Source: Candidatus Caldarchaeales archaeon
GTDB taxonomy: Archaea > Thermoproteota > Nitrososphaeria_A > Caldarchaeales > Calditenuaceae
DNA: 16,245 bases
NCBI GenBank assembly: GCA_039630085.1
Contig: JBCNVM010000017.1
Span: 1-16,245, forward strand
Direction: 5' to 3'
Part shown: in pieces, positions 14,459 through 16,245 of the stretch
Layout of the letters: each line of letters opens with the position of its first letter
How positions within the stretch are numbered: the stretch's first letter is position 1
The notes under the pieces: generated by a model
Seen by the model: the letters and a program-made list of their open reading frames with translations, nothing else
The model's database searches: none
Told to the model about the DNA's origin: nothing
Position numbers and translations under genes: made by a program

Positions 14459-15784
14459 GTGATTAGCGCGAGCGTCCTGCAAGAGTTCGAGCAGGTCTCG
14501 GTCTCGTTCGTGGACGAGGACGGCTACCCCGTAACGATCCCGGCGAAGGTGAGGATAGAGGACGGACGCGTCTCGGCCGAGCTGCCAGAGGGATTCAGGG
14601 AAGTCCCCCTCGCTGGTAAGAAGGTGAACGTCACCCTCAACCACATAACCCCGATCCCGGGAGGAGGCTACACCGACCGCAGGTACCTCACGGTAAGGGG
14701 GACTGCCCGCGCGGCTCCCGGAGGCATCGAAGTCGAAGTCGAGAGGAGCTACAGGTGGGACGAGAAGGAAGTCCCGTTCCCGGAGTACGTTGAGGTCTCT
14801 ACGGGCAGGGCGCGAGAATACCTCGAGAGGCTCGGTCTGAAACTCGGCCTCGACTTCAAGCCCCGCATCGGCGCGTTCTGGACCTTCTTCAGAGTGGTCA
14901 GGCTGCCGTTCCTGATAGCGACCGCTGTACCGACCGCCATCGGCGGCGCGGTCGCGTACTACCATGGGTCCTTCAGCCCCTTGCTCCTACTGCTGACCTT
15001 CGTCGGGCTCGCGTTCATCCACTTGGGACTGAACGTCGCGAACGACTACTTCGACACGATTTTAGGGGCGGACCCAGCCAACCGGAGGCCGACGCCGTTC
15101 AGCGGCGGGTCTAGGGCGATACTCTACGGCCTGATCTCGGAGTCCGGGTCGAGGGCGCTCTTTACCTCGTTCTTCGCGGCCGGATCGGCTATCGGGCTCT
15201 ACCTCGCCCTCACGAGGGGTTTGATAGAGGTAATCGGGCTGATGGCGCTAGGCCTCTTCCTAGCTTACTTCTACACCGCGCCGCCGTTCAAGCTGGCGTA
15301 CAGGGGACTGGGCGAGCTGGCGGTGGGAACCGGGTTCGGGCCCGTGATCGTGCTGGGGACGTACTTCGTTCAGACGCAGAGGCTGACCGTCGACGCCCTC
15401 CTCGCATCGATCCCAATAGGAATACTGATCATGCTGATCCTGTACGTCAATGAGATACCCGACGCGCCCTTCGACAGGGCCGCGGGCAAGATGCACCTCG
15501 TCGCGCGGATCCCGAAGGAGGGCGCTCTAAGGCTCCTAGCGGTCTTCTACGCGGCCGCCTACGCCTTCGTCGCGCTGATCCCCGTCCTCAGGTTAGGCCC
15601 GCCGACGGTCCTTATTGCGCTGATCACGGTCCCGACAGCGCTGAAGGTGTACAGGATGGTTTCGGAGACATTCGGGATCCAGTACGCGATGATCCCGGCG
15701 ATGGCGCTGAACATACGCAACGTCGCTGTGACGGGTTCGCTGCTGGCCGCCGGTTACGTGATCGGAGCGTTACTAGGACTATGA
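14459..15784 (+). CDS. MenA-like UbiA-family prenyltransferase with an extra N-terminal domain of about 135 aa (split-barrel-like)
   Basis: The C-terminal ~300 aa are polytopic with VRLPFL, NVANDYFD...GAD...TPFSGGSR, YTAPPFKLAYRGLGE and NEIPDAPFDRAAGK (MenA motifs). The N-terminus VSVSFVDEDGYPVTIP...RYLTVRG is soluble and beta-rich. The GTG start directly follows the upstream TGA and has a GGAGGTGA SD. Confidence 0.85.
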   Translation: MISASVLQEFEQVSVSFVDEDGYPVTIPAKVRIEDGRVSAELPEGFREVPLAGKKVNVTLNHITPIPGGGYTDRRYLTVRGTARAAPGGIEVEVERSYRWDEKEVPFPEYVEVSTGRAREYLERLGLKLGLDFKPRIGAFWTFFRVVRLPFLIATAVPTAIGGAVAYYHGSFSPLLLLLTFVGLAFIHLGLNVANDYFDTILGADPANRRPTPFSGGSRAILYGLISESGSRALFTSFFAAGSAIGLYLALTRGLIEVIGLMALGLFLAYFYTAPPFKLAYRGLGELAVGTGFGPVIVLGTYFVQTQRLTVDALLASIPIGILIMLILYVNEIPDAPFDRAAGKMHLVARIPKEGALRLLAVFYAAAYAFVALIPVLRLGPPTVLIALITVPTALKVYRMVSETFGIQYAMIPAMALNIRNVAVTGSLLAAGYVIGALLGL

Positions 15785-15813
15785 GGTTAAAGGCTTAGTT
15801 CGTTACCGCACTA

Positions 15814-15833
15814 CTTTCAATAAGACCTGAAAG
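15814..15833. terminator. Possible bidirectional terminator hairpin between convergent genes
   Basis: CTTTCA-N8-TGAAAG inverted repeat in an AT-rich gap, followed by a pyrimidine-rich tract (TTCCTCTTTT). Confidence 0.3.
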
Positions 15834-15848
15834 ATTGAATTCCTCTTT

Positions 15849-16245
15849 TCAGTAGATGACCGATAGCCAAGGTAATCCTATCGCGATTAGAAGCACTATG
15901 TAAATGAGTCCGTAGATGAACCCCAATCGCCAGAAGTCCGAGCCCTTGATGTACCCGCTTCCATAAAAGATCGGCGCGGGCCCGGTCGCGTAGGGCGAAA
16001 TCACGCCCATGATGCCGTGAGTATAGGCAACGGCGAACGCCGCGAGGAGCGGCTGTTGGCTGAAGAAGGTGAGGAGGACCGTAATGATGACGGGGAAGAC
16101 GGCAGTAACGTGGGCGGTGATGCTCGCGAAGGCGTAGTGAATGAAGAAGTAGAAGAGCAGGATGAGCACGAGCACCGCTGTTGGGTCGAGACCACCGATG
16201 AGCTTGGTGAACTCTCCAGCGGCGTACTTCACGAACCCAACCCTG
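15849..16245 (-). CDS. DASS family di/tricarboxylate (anion) transporter, CitT/TtdT-like, C-terminal part
   Basis: HYAFASITAHVTAVFP and GVISPYATGPAPIFYGSGYI...FWRLG. The frame is open to the window edge, so the true start lies outside the window. Confidence 0.9.
   Translation of the reverse strand, partial: RVGFVKYAAGEFTKLIGGLDPTAVLVLILLFYFFIHYAFASITAHVTAVFPVIITVLLTFFSQQPLLAAFAVAYTHGIMGVISPYATGPAPIFYGSGYIKGSDFWRLGFIYGLIYIVLLIAIGLPWLSVIY

Noticed and set aside
13958-14965. 335-aa minus-strand ORF, and 9699..10382
   Set aside because: Antisense shadows of genes with recognisable motifs.
1-16245. CRISPR array, tRNA/rRNA, IS element
   Set aside because: No regularly spaced repeats, cloverleaf-like segment, terminal inverted repeats or transposase/integrase motifs were seen by eye.

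Overview
GC-rich archaeal chromosomal window. The ValRS signature, TATA boxes about 25-27 nt before start codons and the gene content point to a TACK archaeon, possibly Aigarchaeota/Caldarchaeales-like (inference). From left to right: the 3' part of a single-pass membrane protein resembling ribophorin I/Ost1; valS; a small accessory block in which a decayed marC copy and an intact marC flank a TSUP + DUF1634 pair and about 470 bp of unexplained DNA; a pair of His-containing small membrane proteins with their own repeat-bearing promoter; a coupled nucleotidyltransferase + beta-RFA-P synthase-like operon; a PDZ-containing site-2 protease and a hypothetical gene; a DtxR/MntR regulator-binding protein-ATPase metal uptake operon with tandem operator palindromes and no permease; a split-barrel (PNPOx-like) gene followed by a split-barrel-like/MenA prenyltransferase fusion; and the 3' end of a DASS transporter. 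No rRNA, tRNA, CRISPR array or transposase was recognised. Family assignments come from motifs recognised by eye, not from database searches.
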